Source: Salpingoeca rosetta (lineage: Eukaryota; Protista; Choanoflagellata). Taken from it: a stretch of 54,231 bases of DNA. Made by a program: the position numbers and the translations under genes. Each line of letters begins with the position of its first letter. Position 1 is the first letter of the stretch. The stretch is from the NCBI GenBank assembly GCA_033442325.1, contig JAWQFM010000015.1, forward strand, positions 1,277,096 to 1,331,326, in the 5' to 3' direction. The notes below the pieces were generated by a model. It ran no database searches. It had not been told where the DNA came from and saw only the letters and a program-made list of their open reading frames with translations. This document shows, piece by piece, positions 42,941-54,231 of the stretch.

Positions 42941-43143
42941 GGCACCGTTGAGCGCACTGGCGAGAGCGGCATGATCCCCAGCAACTACATTGAAAAGGCC
43001 GAGGGTGGTGCCGAGGCGTCCCAGCCACCAGCACAGCCGGAGCCCCAGGCTGAACCAGAGCCGGAGCCCCAGGCTGAACCAGAGCCGGAGCCACAGCCAG
43101 AGCCAGAGGCCCCCGCTGGCGTACGTTACACTCACCTCCTGTG

Positions 43144-43174
<31 letters not shown>

Positions 43175-43634
43175 CTGTGTGTCTGTGTCTGTGTGTCTGT
43201 GTGTGTGTGTGTTTGGACGCATCTTTTGCTGTCGCCTCTGGTGTCGTTGTTTGGCTTGCCTTGGCCATGAGCTCTGCGGTTTGTTGACTTCATGTCACCT
43301 CATCGTGGCCCTCCCATTTCGTTTCCTCCTTGCCCGCTCACTCCTTTTCTGTTGCGTGCATTCACCGTTTGGCCTGCCCCCCCCCCCGCCTCTTTCCCAT
43401 TCACCCTTGCTGTTGCGTGCAGGACAAGTGGCGTGCGCTGTACGACTACGACGCGGCGGACAGCGACGAGGTCTCGTTCCAGGAGGGCGATGTCATCATC
43501 AACGTCCAGATTATCGACGAAGGCTGGGCTCAGGTGCGCCTCCATCATGCCTGTTTTGCTTGGAATCGTTGTCTCCACGCGCTTTCCGCCCTTCTTCCCT
43601 AATCTCCTCTCTCTCTCTCTACTCCCTCCTCTCT

Positions 43635-43720
<86 letters not shown>

Positions 43721-43946
43721 CATATCTGGCTGTCTCTTTGTCAATCCTCACTTGCACTCTCAAGTCATTGCTACCGACCACTTGCGCAGCTTGCGCACGT
43801 TTGCACGCACATCCCTCACCGCGCCTCACCTCAATTATTGCCTTGCTTTGGACTGTGTGTATCCCGCTTTCTTTTGCATTTAGGGCACCGTTGAGCGCAC
43901 TGGCGAGACGGGCATGATCCCCAGCAACTACATTGAGCAGCAGTAA
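41254..43946 (+). CDS. LASP: LIM and SH3 protein (LASP/nebulin family): LIM, 2 nebulin-like repeats, Pro/Glu linkers, two SH3 domains
   Basis: Exons 41254-41271, 41452-41520, 41757-41851, 42029-42095, 42312-42707, 42941-43120, 43423-43533 and 43884-43946. LIM: [32 protein letters not shown]. Nebulin-like: [29 protein letters not shown]3 x2: A(V/L)(F/Y)[15 protein letters not shown]...[24 protein letters not shown]. Confidence 0.9.
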
Positions 43947-43956
43947 ACTGCCATTG

Positions 43957-44011
<55 letters not shown>

Positions 44012-44861
44012 ACCTCGTGGCTTCTCCATGTCCCCCGTCCACTGCTTCCACAACTACCACGGACTGCAACACATCAACTGCAGCCACTTCCACTTCCACC
44101 ACCGCCACCTTCACCTTCACCTTCACCATTACCTTCCTCTCCTTTGTATCCGCGTGCGCTCTTGCTTTTGTGTCACACCTTACCATAAACTGAACATGAG
44201 CCGGACAAATGTGCCTATCATGCCATGTGCCAGTGGAGAGCGGTGGCGTGTCGAGTCGCGTCGTGTCGTGCATGTGTGCGTGTGTGTGCTTCCTTGCACT
44301 TGCTGCCAGCACAACCCAACCCTAATCAAAACGGCACGAACGCGCAGCACACCACACACCACACCGACCAGGCACCGTGCATGTGCTCTGCGTGATGTGG
44401 GGAACAGAACGATTGCGATTGCTTCATTGCTCGTGTTGCCGCAGTATGTACGACTGACTGTATTTGTTTGACTGAGAGGTAACAGGCTGAAAGTCCTACA
44501 TAAGAAGCAAGTTGTCCCTGACACACACACACACACACACATGAATAGCAAAGGGAAGACCAAAAGAAGAAGAAGAAACATGTGCCGTAAGTGGCGATGC
44601 TCATGCTGATGACGATGATGACGATGACGACACCAAGAACCGAAAAAAGAAAAAAGGAAGGACAGAAAGACAAAGGGCAACCAAGAAGGTGGCGCGTATG
44701 CGTTCACGTAATCACGTTGAGGTCCATAAGAACAAAAGCAGTTTGGTTGTTCGCTTACAGGCATTCGTATCATGCAATCAAGAATGAAGCAACCAACACA
44801 TGCGGGTAATTGTCGTGAAAGCACGAGTACAAGAAGCATATCACAAACACAAACACAAACA

Positions 44862-44950
<89 letters not shown>

Positions 44951-44960
44951 CATCACAAGG

Positions 44961-47372
44961 CTATGGCGGCACGAGCCACGATGCGGCCGGGGCAGTGCAC
45001 CCGCGCCCATCGAGAAACGTTGGCAGCGACGAGCGACGAGCAGACACCATCGCCGAAGACGCGCACGGCTGCGACGACGGACGGATGGGTGCTGGTGGCG
45101 GCGGGGTTTGTGCTGTTGGTGTTGTGGCAGCGAAGGTGGCGGTGGCGCCGTTGCCGCGGAACATTGCGCCGGCGCTCCTTGCGCGCTCCGTGAACAAGGG
45201 GTTGGTGTCACTGTGGAAGTGGTAGCTGTGGCGGTGGTGGCGGTGCGTTGCATAGCTGGGGCGATGGCGGTGGTGGTTGTGGTCGCGGTCAAGGTCAGAC
45301 TGGGAGCTGGCGCCACCAAGATGACGATGGTGGTGATAATGTTGATGTTGTTGGTGCTGATGCTGATGATGCTGATGCTGATGATGCTGATGATGCTGAT
45401 GCTGATGATGCTGGTGATGGTTGAACGAGAGCGGCGATGACGATGGCGATGCTGACGAGGATGGAGGGCCCATGGTGGCGTGTTCCAGGACCGTGTCCAG
45501 GCTGCCTCGACGCGATGCGCCCAGCGACGCAGCAAGAACGTGGTAAGGCTGCTGCTGCTGCTGCTGATGATGATGATGGGGGCGAGCGTGGTGCAGGGTG
45601 TGGACGTTTTCGGTTTGACGGCGTTGGTGTGCACCAGTGTTGATGCTTGCGTCCTGTTCGCTGCGTTGCGGTGCGGCAGTTCGGGACATGTGTGCGGCAG
45701 CACAGGCCCCGTCTGCTGCCATCGCCGCGTCGAAACCTGTGCATGCTGGTGCAGAATATCGGCGCGTGGCCAGCATGTGCAGCGGCGACGGTGACGCTGC
45801 GCCATCCCGCACAACATCCTCGAATGCCCGTGTTGGCGATGTCGCTATGGCAGCAGCAACGTTGGTGTGGATTGTTCCCAGTGGCTGCCGCTGCTTGGAT
45901 ACATCAGCATGAACTTGCTGATGGTACTGCTGCTGTTGCTGTCTGCCTGCTGCTGCCATCGTAGCCAGTGCCGCTGTGAGCTGGTGCGGTGGTTGGTGCG
46001 CAGCCCTGTAGTTGAGCAGCTGTTGTGCAAACCAGTTGGCAACCAGCGGCGCAGAGTGCCGCCGCACAGATGCAGGATGCAATCGCGACGACTGCTGCTG
46101 CTGCTGCTGCTGCTGTTTTTGTTGTCGGTCAAAGCCGTGCATCTGGTCCAGGTTGGCAGATTTGCGGCGCTTCGTTGGCTCGTCGCCACTGCCAACACGC
46201 GGCGGCGTGGGCGGCTTCACAGCTGGAGCCGCGGTCGACAGCAACGGTGGCGCTGATGATGATGGTGATGATGAGAGCACTGCTGTTGCTGCTGCTGGTG
46301 CTGCTGATGATGATGATGATGGTGATGATGAGAGCACTGTTGCGGTGGCATCCGCAGCTGGCACCACGGACTGCTGCTGCTGCTGCTGGTCTTGGGGGGT
46401 CGTGGTCACATCAAGACGGCTGTCGTCATCCTTGTCGGTGTTATCGTCGGCAGCAGGAGGGGCGGGCCTGTGGCGGAGGCAGGCAATGCGGTCGTCGCGC
46501 TGGCGATGTGCACACACGGCGACGGCGTGGGCGAGGTTGTGGACGTCCTGATGCGCAGCATGCACCACACCAAACAGCGACGCCCGCCACGCATCCGCGG
46601 CAGCAAACGCCTTGGCGGGCGCGCACGTGCTGCTGGGATCAAGGTCGATCACAGTGGCAGCAGCGGTGGCGGTGGTGGCACGCACACTGCCTTGTTCTGC
46701 TGTTGCGGACATGGCGGGACGCTGGTTTTCATATCTGTCCCCACCAAGCTGTTCTTGCTGGTGTTGATGGTCTGAAGGAGGGGACGAAGCTGAATACTTG
46801 GCCTTCTTCGCCTTCTGGCCGCTGTGTGGCGGCGTGGCTGCCATCTCCTGCGTGCACGTGCTCGCTGGGGACGCAGGTGCGCCTGTCGTCGCCGTGGCGA
46901 TGGCGGTGGTGGCCGTGGCGGCGGCGGAAGTCGTGGGTGGTGAATTGGAAGCTGCAGCGGTTGCAGTGATGGACGACGATGACGGGGGTGCAGCGGGCTT
47001 CCGTCTGTTTCGGGTGAGGGCCAGTGCTGCACGCACCTCCTCTGCGCTGAACACGTCCTCGTTGTTGTTGTCGGTGCATGCAGCCATGCTGAAGTCGGCG
47101 CTGGTGTTGCTGTGGGTTGTGTCCATTGCGTGCTTATGGTCACCATCGCCATCATCGTTGCCTTCGCCACTGTCATCGCGGGCAAAGGTGTGATGGTGCA
47201 TGGTGGTCTGCTGCTGTGGTTGCTGCTGTGGTGGTGCTGGTCGTTGTTGCTCGGCCTGGCGGTCGCTGATGGGGTGCTGCTGGGCAATGGGTTGCTCAAA
47301 GGCTGCATCAAGCACGATGCTGCTGTCTTTGGTGTGGGCCATCTCCATGCGATGCTTGTGAGTTGAAGACAT
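44961..47372 (-). CDS. Intronless 803-aa low-complexity, probably disordered protein with multiple RRxS motifs
   Basis: A 2.4-kb open frame free of (CA)n tracts, with Q/H/T/S/A runs typical of this genome's exons. No globular domain recognised. Confidence 0.6.
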   Translation of the reverse strand: MSSTHKHRMEMAHTKDSSIVLDAAFEQPIAQQHPISDRQAEQQRPAPPQQQPQQQTTMHHHTFARDDSGEGNDDGDGDHKHAMDTTHSNTSADFSMAACTDNNNEDVFSAEEVRAALALTRNRRKPAAPPSSSSITATAAASNSPPTTSAAATATTAIATATTGAPASPASTCTQEMAATPPHSGQKAKKAKYSASSPPSDHQHQQEQLGGDRYENQRPAMSATAEQGSVRATTATAAATVIDLDPSSTCAPAKAFAAADAWRASLFGVVHAAHQDVHNLAHAVAVCAHRQRDDRIACLRHRPAPPAADDNTDKDDDSRLDVTTTPQDQQQQQQSVVPAADATATVLSSSPSSSSSAAPAAATAVLSSSPSSSAPPLLSTAAPAVKPPTPPRVGSGDEPTKRRKSANLDQMHGFDRQQKQQQQQQQQSSRLHPASVRRHSAPLVANWFAQQLLNYRAAHQPPHQLTAALATMAAAGRQQQQQYHQQVHADVSKQRQPLGTIHTNVAAAIATSPTRAFEDVVRDGAASPSPLHMLATRRYSAPACTGFDAAMAADGACAAAHMSRTAAPQRSEQDASINTGAHQRRQTENVHTLHHARPHHHHQQQQQQPYHVLAASLGASRRGSLDTVLEHATMGPPSSSASPSSSPLSFNHHQHHQHQHHQHHQHQHHQHQHQQHQHYHHHRHLGGASSQSDLDRDHNHHRHRPSYATHRHHRHSYHFHSDTNPLFTERARSAGAMFRGNGATATFAATTPTAQTPPPPAPIRPSSQPCASSAMVSARRSSLPTFLDGRGCTAPAASWLVPP

Positions 47373-48906
47373 TGTTGTTGAAGAAGAAATGCGAGCTGGG
47401 GGTGGTCATGAGTTGAAAAGCAGAGTCAAGTGTTGGCAGTGCTGTCGCTGCATTGGAGGACAGCGCTGCTGGTTGTGGTACTGCTGCTGCTGTTGTTGTT
47501 GGTGCTGGTTTCCGGACGGCTGCAACAACAACAGCAGGGAGGAGCGAGCTTGGGCTCCGTGCAGTGAGTGAGGCCAGCAGGTTGGCTTATGTCGCTCTTC
47601 AGCCTTTCTCCCCCACCACTGTTCGTTCAAGCCCCAAGCTGGAGACGGGGAGCAAGATCGTGTGCGCCTACAACAAGAAGCGGAGGCAAGCAAGTTGCAG
47701 CACAGAAATGGCACATGCGGCAGACGTGTGAGGGTTGCGTGATGCAGCCGCTGCCTGACGCGGCGGGAAGGGCAATGTGAAAGGAGCAGAAACAGAAACG
47801 TGCAAGAAAATGAGAACAAAGGAGGCGAGGAGGAGCGAGTGGGAAAGCGGGCGGGTGATGACACCAAAAAAACCAGGCAGACCAGATAAGACACCATCCA
47901 GCCGACAGAACAAACAGACAAGACCCGACGGAAAAAGTGACAAGTCGTGAGACATGACTGTTTGTTTGCTGGTGGGAGAGTCGTTTGTGACATGACACCC
48001 AGACACCCAAAGATGACGATTCTTTGTGCTGGGGATGGTGGTGACATGACAACCTCGCTAGGCCAACACAACAACAACAACAACAGCGGCACGACCAACC
48101 AACCAACCAACCAAACACACGAGCCTGTTCATTCGTATCACAATCGGAATGAATGCTGATATCATCACGCGCGCGCGCTCTCGCGTGCAACCTCACCTCA
48201 CGCACAACCACAGCACACCACCACAGCCACAGCACAGCACAGCCTCTTCCTACACACGCACCTGTATTGGGTGGTTGTCGACGCGCGTCGTGTCCGCGTG
48301 CCTTCTTTTGCTTCTTCTTGATGCGATGATCTCTGTCCTTCTCGTGTGTGATTGTCTGAGTCGTTGATCCGTTTGGAGCGACAAGCAAGCGAGCGAGCGA
48401 GCAAGAAGTCAGGCGAGGACGCAGAAAGATGAAAGAAGAACCGGAGAAAAAAAAAAGCGCCCTTTCGTGTCGCTTTGGCTTGGCTTGTGGCACGCAGGCG
48501 CGTGCGTGCAGGTCGCGCAGCGGGGTGGGAGCGGGCAAACGAATGGATGCGGTGGCGATGATTTTGACAGCAACCCCAAAATGGAGGACGAACGGGCGTG
48601 TGCGCGCTGCTTGTGCGTGTGACCTTTGTGAGTGCCCACGGCGCGAGGCAAGCCGCAGCCAGAAAAAGCAGAAGCAACGGGCAAGGCAACGGACGACGTC
48701 ACACACAACAGCGTGAGCAACTACAGGAGGAGGAACACGATTGTTTAGGGGTTGCGGGTGTTTTGTTTTGGTTGCACGGATGCACGAGCAAGCAAAAGAA
48801 ATATGCACAGTCAGCAGAAAAAATTGTGTTGTGCGTTTTTATGAAGGTTGCGGGTTGAAATCCCCAAGTAGCTTTTGGTTTTTTTGACGTGGAACGAGAC
48901 GACACG

Positions 48907-48968
48907 ATGGTGGCAGCGCACAAGAAGAAGCGACCACCCAAAGAACAACTCAGGGTAAAAAGAGACGT

Positions 48969-49063
<95 letters not shown>

Positions 49064-50123
49064 CGTGTTTGCGTTTGCGTGTGTTTGTGTGAATTGCTTG
49101 CACTCGTGAACATACTTTGCACAGTCTTGCTCACACACACACACACACACACACATACACACACGCACACACACGCGCGCACACCAGATGACGACTACAA
49201 GGCGTTTCTGGAGGAGCTGACAAAGGAGCCGGAGCCGCTGCCGTCACTCAACGAATGGCTCAAGCAGAAGGAACAGGCCCTCAAGGAGGAAGAAGGTTGG
49301 GGCCATGCCTTCTGTACGCGCACATGCGTGTGTGTGTGTGTGGGGGGGGGGGGTATGCGTCGACAACATTCACGCACACCACCACCTTCATGCTTGCTCT
49401 CATTCTCGCCGTCATTCTCATTCTCAGTTGACCATTGCCTTCATTGACACTATCGTTGTCGTCTTCACAGAGCTGGCTGCGTCAACACCGCTGCAGCTGT
49501 ATGTGAAGAACTTGGACAAGAAAACCAATATGGTGCGTCGTGCACGTTGTTTGTTCCACTGCACCACGCCAACACATACACACACATGTATGCAAATAAG
49601 CATGCGCGCATAGCATGCACCACGTATGCGCACTCGCCCTGCATAGCATGCACCACGTATGCGCACTCGCCCTGCACTCACACATCACGCACCACGTACC
49701 GTCACCCTGCACTCACCTCACACTCACCTGCGTGCCTGATGGGTGCAGCCGAAACGCAAGAAGGACAAGAAGAAAGACAAGAAAGACAAGAAGAAGAAGG
49801 AGAAGAAAGACAGGAAGAAAGAGAAGCGAGCAAAGGCCCAGCAGGAGGCAGCGGCCGCAGCGGTACGTCGTGCCAGAATGTGATTGCATCCTAGATGCTA
49901 TGCCCGTGTGTGCGTGCGTGTGTGCGTGCGTGTGTGTGTGTGTTGAGTTGGGTGTGAATGTCTTGATTATTCGTTTGTTGCCATGTCGCGGTGTGCCGTG
50001 TACACGTCCCGTCTCACTCCGCACCCATCGCAATCATGTTTCTGGTTCGTTCTATCAGCAGGCAGCAACCAAGCCCTCCATCCATCCTACACAGCAGCAG
50101 CAGCAACAACAACAGCAACAGCA

Positions 50124-50182
<59 letters not shown>

Positions 50183-50829
50183 GGCCGCCAACAAAACCCA
50201 AGCAGCAGCAGCAGCAGCGTGATGGCGGCGATGCGTCCCGTGGATCGCGGCGCAAGGAGCGGACCCCACGTGGCGGCGGCATCTACCAACCGCCAGGTGC
50301 ACGCGGTGCTGCCCGTGCCCGCGACGGTGGCGAGCGCGCTGGCGATGGTGCTGATGGCGGCGCTGGTGGTGGTGGTGGTGGTGGTGGGCACGCTAGCGAT
50401 GAGCAGCAGAAGCGTCGGGAGAAGCGTGCGCGGCAGCGGGAGCGAAGACGCGACAAGGCCGCCCGCAAGGATGGTGAACAGGGTACACCACAGCAGCAGG
50501 TGCATCGTGATGATGATGGTGATGCGGGCAGTGCACGTGGCCGTGGTCGTGGTGGTGGCCGTGGTGGCCGTGGTGGCCGTGGCCGTGATCGTAACAGGAA
50601 GAAGCGACAGCAACACGAGCCGCAGCCCAAGCTGTTGCAGCGTGGCCAGGATCTTCCGCCAATGCCAACAACAGAGGGCGGCGGCGGTGGTGGTCGTGGG
50701 GGAAGGGGCAGAGGAGGCAGAGGAGGAGGAAGAGGAGGAGGTGGTGGTCGTCGTGGTCGTGGTCACAGGGGTGGCGGTCGTGGTGGTGATGCTTCTTCTG
50801 CTTCTCCTCATCAGCCTCGTCAACAATAA
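48907..50829 (+). CDS. UPF3: UPF3/Smg-4-like NMD factor; RRM-encoding exons not visible
   Basis: Exons 48907-48954, 49188-49295, 49471-49532, 49749-49862 and ~50062-50829. DDDYKAFLEEL and STPLQLYVK resemble the UPF3 post-RRM motifs DpdY..FLE and TPLl.yl. These are followed by a K/E-rich coil, GIYQPPGAR (like the EJC-binding motif LYQPGAR) and an RGG tail. Confidence 0.65.
49608..49673. repeat. 33-bp perfect tandem duplication, intronic
   Basis: gcatagcatgcaccacgtatgcgcactcgccct x2. Confidence 0.9.
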
Positions 50830-51016
50830 AGAATTGTGCACCCTTTTTGAGTAATGATTTCCGATAAATTTCGTCAATCTCAGTGAACGACGACGACGAC
50901 GACAACAGCGAAGGACACAAGAAGAGAGGAGAGGCTGTTGTTGTTTCATTAGCGTGTGCAGCAAGAAGCAAGCAGGAAGACTGTATGTCAGTGCTGCCAC
51001 CCACCGCTCCATCATC

Positions 51017-51503
51017 ATGGTGTCCCAGTAAGTACAGCAGCAGTGCATGTGCGCGCGTGTGTGTGTTTTGGTCGTGTGTTGCTTGTGTGCGCTTGTGATT
51101 TGTTTTCGCGTGGTGCTTGTGTGCGCTTGTGATTTGTTTTCGCGTGGTGCATCTTTGCAACTGTGCGTCTTCGCTGACGCGCCTGCTAATCGCGATGACT
51201 TGACGTGCATGGTGTGTGGTGTGGTGTGTGAATGCTTTTTGTTTGGTTGCGTGTTTTGCAACTTTGCAGGTATGTCGGACCACTGCTGAAGGTGGTTATC
51301 CTGGCCCTCGTCGCAGCTGTTGCGTTCAGCAGCCGCCTTTTCGCCGTCGTTCGATTCGAAAGCATCATCCACGAGTTTGATCCCTGGTACGGACGGCAGC
51401 GCATCGTGCCACGAGCGACATCGCAAGCATGCACCGGTTCACTTACATGCGCTACATGTGTGTGGGGGACATGTGTGCAGACAACAAGCTTTTCTCACCG
51501 TTA

Positions 51504-51552
<49 letters not shown>

Positions 51553-53875
51553 CACGCACGCACTCGCACACACACACACACACGCACTCGCACACACACA
51601 CACGCACGCACTCGCACACAATACACACACGCACTCGCACACACACACACGCACGCACTCGCACACAATACACACACAACTCAGGTTCAACTACCGCGCC
51701 ACAGCGCAGTTGACGGAGAACGGGTTCTACGAGTTTTGGAACTGGTTCGATGAGCGTGCCTGGTATCCCCTCGGCCGCATTGTCGGTGGCACGGTGCGTT
51801 CCACGCGCGTGAAGCGATCCAACCCGCTCCGTTCACTCACCCCCCCCCCCTCTGTTTCACACTTTGCTCGTCTTCACACACACTGCCCACGCTTGACCCG
51901 TTTAACCAGCATGCCTTGCGTTTGGCATTGCCACTCATCACTCCCCTCCCTTTTCCCGCCCTTGTCGTTGTTGCGTGTCAGGTGTACCCTGGCCTGATGG
52001 TGACGTCCGGCACCATCCATTTTGTGCTCAACTCGCTGCTGCACATTCCCGTGCATATCCGCGACATCTGCGTGTTCCTGGCGCCGCTCTTCAGCGGGCT
52101 GACTGCTCTGGCCACGTTTGCCTTCACCAAGGAGGTCTGGAACGACGCAGCAGGCCTCTTTGCAGCAGCCTTCATCGGCATTGGTCAGACACATGTTGTG
52201 TGCGTGCGTATTTTTGTGTGCGTGTGTGTGTGTGTGTGTTGTGTGTGCTGTGGTTGTGTCTGTGTTGCGACTCTGTGTGTGTGTGCGTGTGTGTGCGTGT
52301 GTGCATGTTTGTTATGTGTGAATCTCCAGCTTGCTTGCGTATGTTTGTGTTATGTCGCATGCTTGCTTGCCTACGTGTTGCACACGTGCTTCCCCCGCCC
52401 CCTCCATGTTTGGTTTGCACCTGCTGATACACCACCTCATGCCCCGCCCCCCTCCTTCTGCCCTGTACCCATTGCTGCGCCGCCCAGTCCCCGGCTACAT
52501 CTCACGCTCCGTTGCGGGCTCGTACGACAACGAAGGCATCGCCATCTGCTTGCTCATGGTCAGTCACCGCATCAACAAGCGTGCGCGTGTTCGTGTGTGT
52601 GTAGGTTTGTGCGCGTGTTGTGTGTGTGTGCGCGTGTGTGTGCGCGCGCGCGCGTGTGTGTGTGTGTGTGCGATATGCAGTTTATGTGCCTTTGCTCTCA
52701 ACAGCTACCCTCATGTGCTCATGCTCCCCCCCCCCCTCAAACACCACGCGTGCCACCAGACGACGTACTATCTGTGGATCAAGGGGGTGAAGACTGGCAG
52801 CGTGGCGTGGGCCGCACTCTGCGCCCTCGTCTACTTCTACATGGTCGGCGCATGGGGTACGACTCGACACGACACGAGCATTGAGCATCGTGGTGGTGGT
52901 GGTGGTGGTGATGTGCCTGTTGTGTTGCTGCTTTGCTCGCTTGGCTTTGGGTGAGTATGGTGTTTGCTGTGTTGTTGATTGCTTGTATGATCGTTGAGAC
53001 ACCTTTTTTTTTTTTTTTTTTGTCTCCGCTCTTTTACACCGCCACAACTCGTTTACCCCTTTTCACACCATCGCTACGTCACACCCCCTCCTCCCCTCGT
53101 CCCTCTTGTTCAGGCGGGTATGTGTTCATCACCAACCTGATTCCGCTGCACGTGCTTGCGCTGATGGTGATGGGCAAGTTCACGTCGCGCGTGTACACGG
53201 CCTACACCACCTGGTACATCCTCGGGCTCATCCTCTCCATGCAGGTCCGGCAATCGATGCACGTGATTGTGGCGGCGGCGGTGGGGGGGGGGGAGGTGGC
53301 TTGCTCGCATCCCTTTGTTTGTTTGTTTGTTTGTTTGTTTGTTTGTTTGTTTGTTGCTGCTGTAAATCGTGGACGTGAGCGTGAACTTCCGCTCCGCCAC
53401 ACCCCACGCTCCCCACCCAACCACTCAACCATACAAGTACCACCACCGCTAACACCAAACACCAACCACCAACCCGCCACCACTGTTGTTATTCCTTTAG
53501 ATTCCGTTTGTCGGGTTTCTGCCGCTCAAGACGAGTGAGCACATGGCTGCATTTGGCATGTTTGGCCTCTGCCAGATCTACCAGTTTGTCTCGTATGTCC
53601 AGACCAAGGTCTCTAAGGCCCGTAAGTTTTGTTGTCTGTGCACGCACGTGCGTGTTTGTGCGTATTTGTGCGTGTTTGTGCGTATGAGGTTGCGCTCGCT
53701 CGCACCACAGGCCGCACTGATGCATGATACGGTCACATGTACATGCACCTCGCGTGTATGTTCACACACCAACATACACCCTCTTGTTTTGTTTTCTCAC
53801 ATACATGTTCACATATTGGACTGTCGATTAAACACACACACACACACCACAACACAACAAACAACACACACACAC

Positions 53876-53974
<99 letters not shown>

Positions 53975-54129
53975 CAACGCCAACCGCTGTCGGGTGCAGA
54001 GTTCCAGACGCTGGCGTGGTCTGTCTTCTACGGGGCGCTTGCGCTTGCTGTCCCCGGGCTGATGGTGCTGACGCACCTCGGATATGTCGCCCCCTTTCAG
54101 TGGCCGATTCTACTCCCTCTGGGACACCC
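51017..54129 (+). CDS. STT3: Oligosaccharyltransferase catalytic subunit STT3 (STT3B-like); 3' end beyond the window
   Basis: An 11-nt first exon (atggtgtccca|gtaagt) splices in phase to 51270. Motifs: [18 protein letters not shown]|[19 protein letters not shown]|[34 protein letters not shown]|[28 protein letters not shown] (the last needs a 1-nt frame correction). Confidence 0.95.
53877..53973. repeat. (CAA)n trinucleotide microsatellite, intronic
   Basis: About 32 copies visible. Confidence 0.95.
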
Positions 54130-54231
54130 GTGCGCTCACTGTCCAGCGCAGCGCTATCAGGGCAGGTGGTATCTGGGGTCGCGGTCAATGTGTCCGCGCT
54201 GGACGTGTGTGCGTGTGCTTGTGTTGAATGT

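Noticed and set aside
47406-48808. 234-aa and 393-aa minus-strand ORFs upstream of the RRxS gene
   Set aside because: Composition looks like UTR/intergenic sequence, with no motifs or convincing exon structure.
50985-51027. Upstream ATG ([14 protein letters not shown]) as the STT3 start
   Set aside because: It gives phase 1 at the donor, whereas the next exon needs phase 2; ATG 51017 fits.
50014-51426. 470-aa minus-strand ORF with poly-Leu/Thr
   Set aside because: Antisense to the poly-Gln/Gly exon of the UPF3-like gene and the start of STT3.

Overview
Eukaryotic, intron-rich genomic DNA with microsatellite-filled introns ((CA)n, (GAGT)n, (AAAC)n) and three N-gaps. The style and gene content (cadherin, PTB protein, LASP, SID-1) suggest a choanoflagellate such as Salpingoeca; this is inference. 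I assembled 12 protein-coding genes by hand from GT/GC-AG junctions and frame phases. In order they are: a PTB-domain protein (-); a ~2,980-aa P-loop GTPase + helical + SecA-type SF2 ATPase + vWA protein (+); a single gene fusing a Dug3-type class II glutamine amidotransferase to a Dug2-type WD40-M20 module (-); a LAMP-like glycoprotein (+); a short cadherin (-); an RluA-family pseudouridine synthase (+); a SID-1 family protein (-); arginase (-); a LASP with two SH3 domains (+); an RRxS-rich disordered protein (-); a UPF3-like protein (+); and STT3 (+, runs off the window). The two strongest leads are the Dug3-Dug2 fusion, which puts a complex known from fungal glutathione degradation into one polypeptide, and the giant GTPase-SecA-vWA protein encoded mostly by one 8-kb exon. 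Most ORFs in the supplied track are microsatellite or antisense artefacts.
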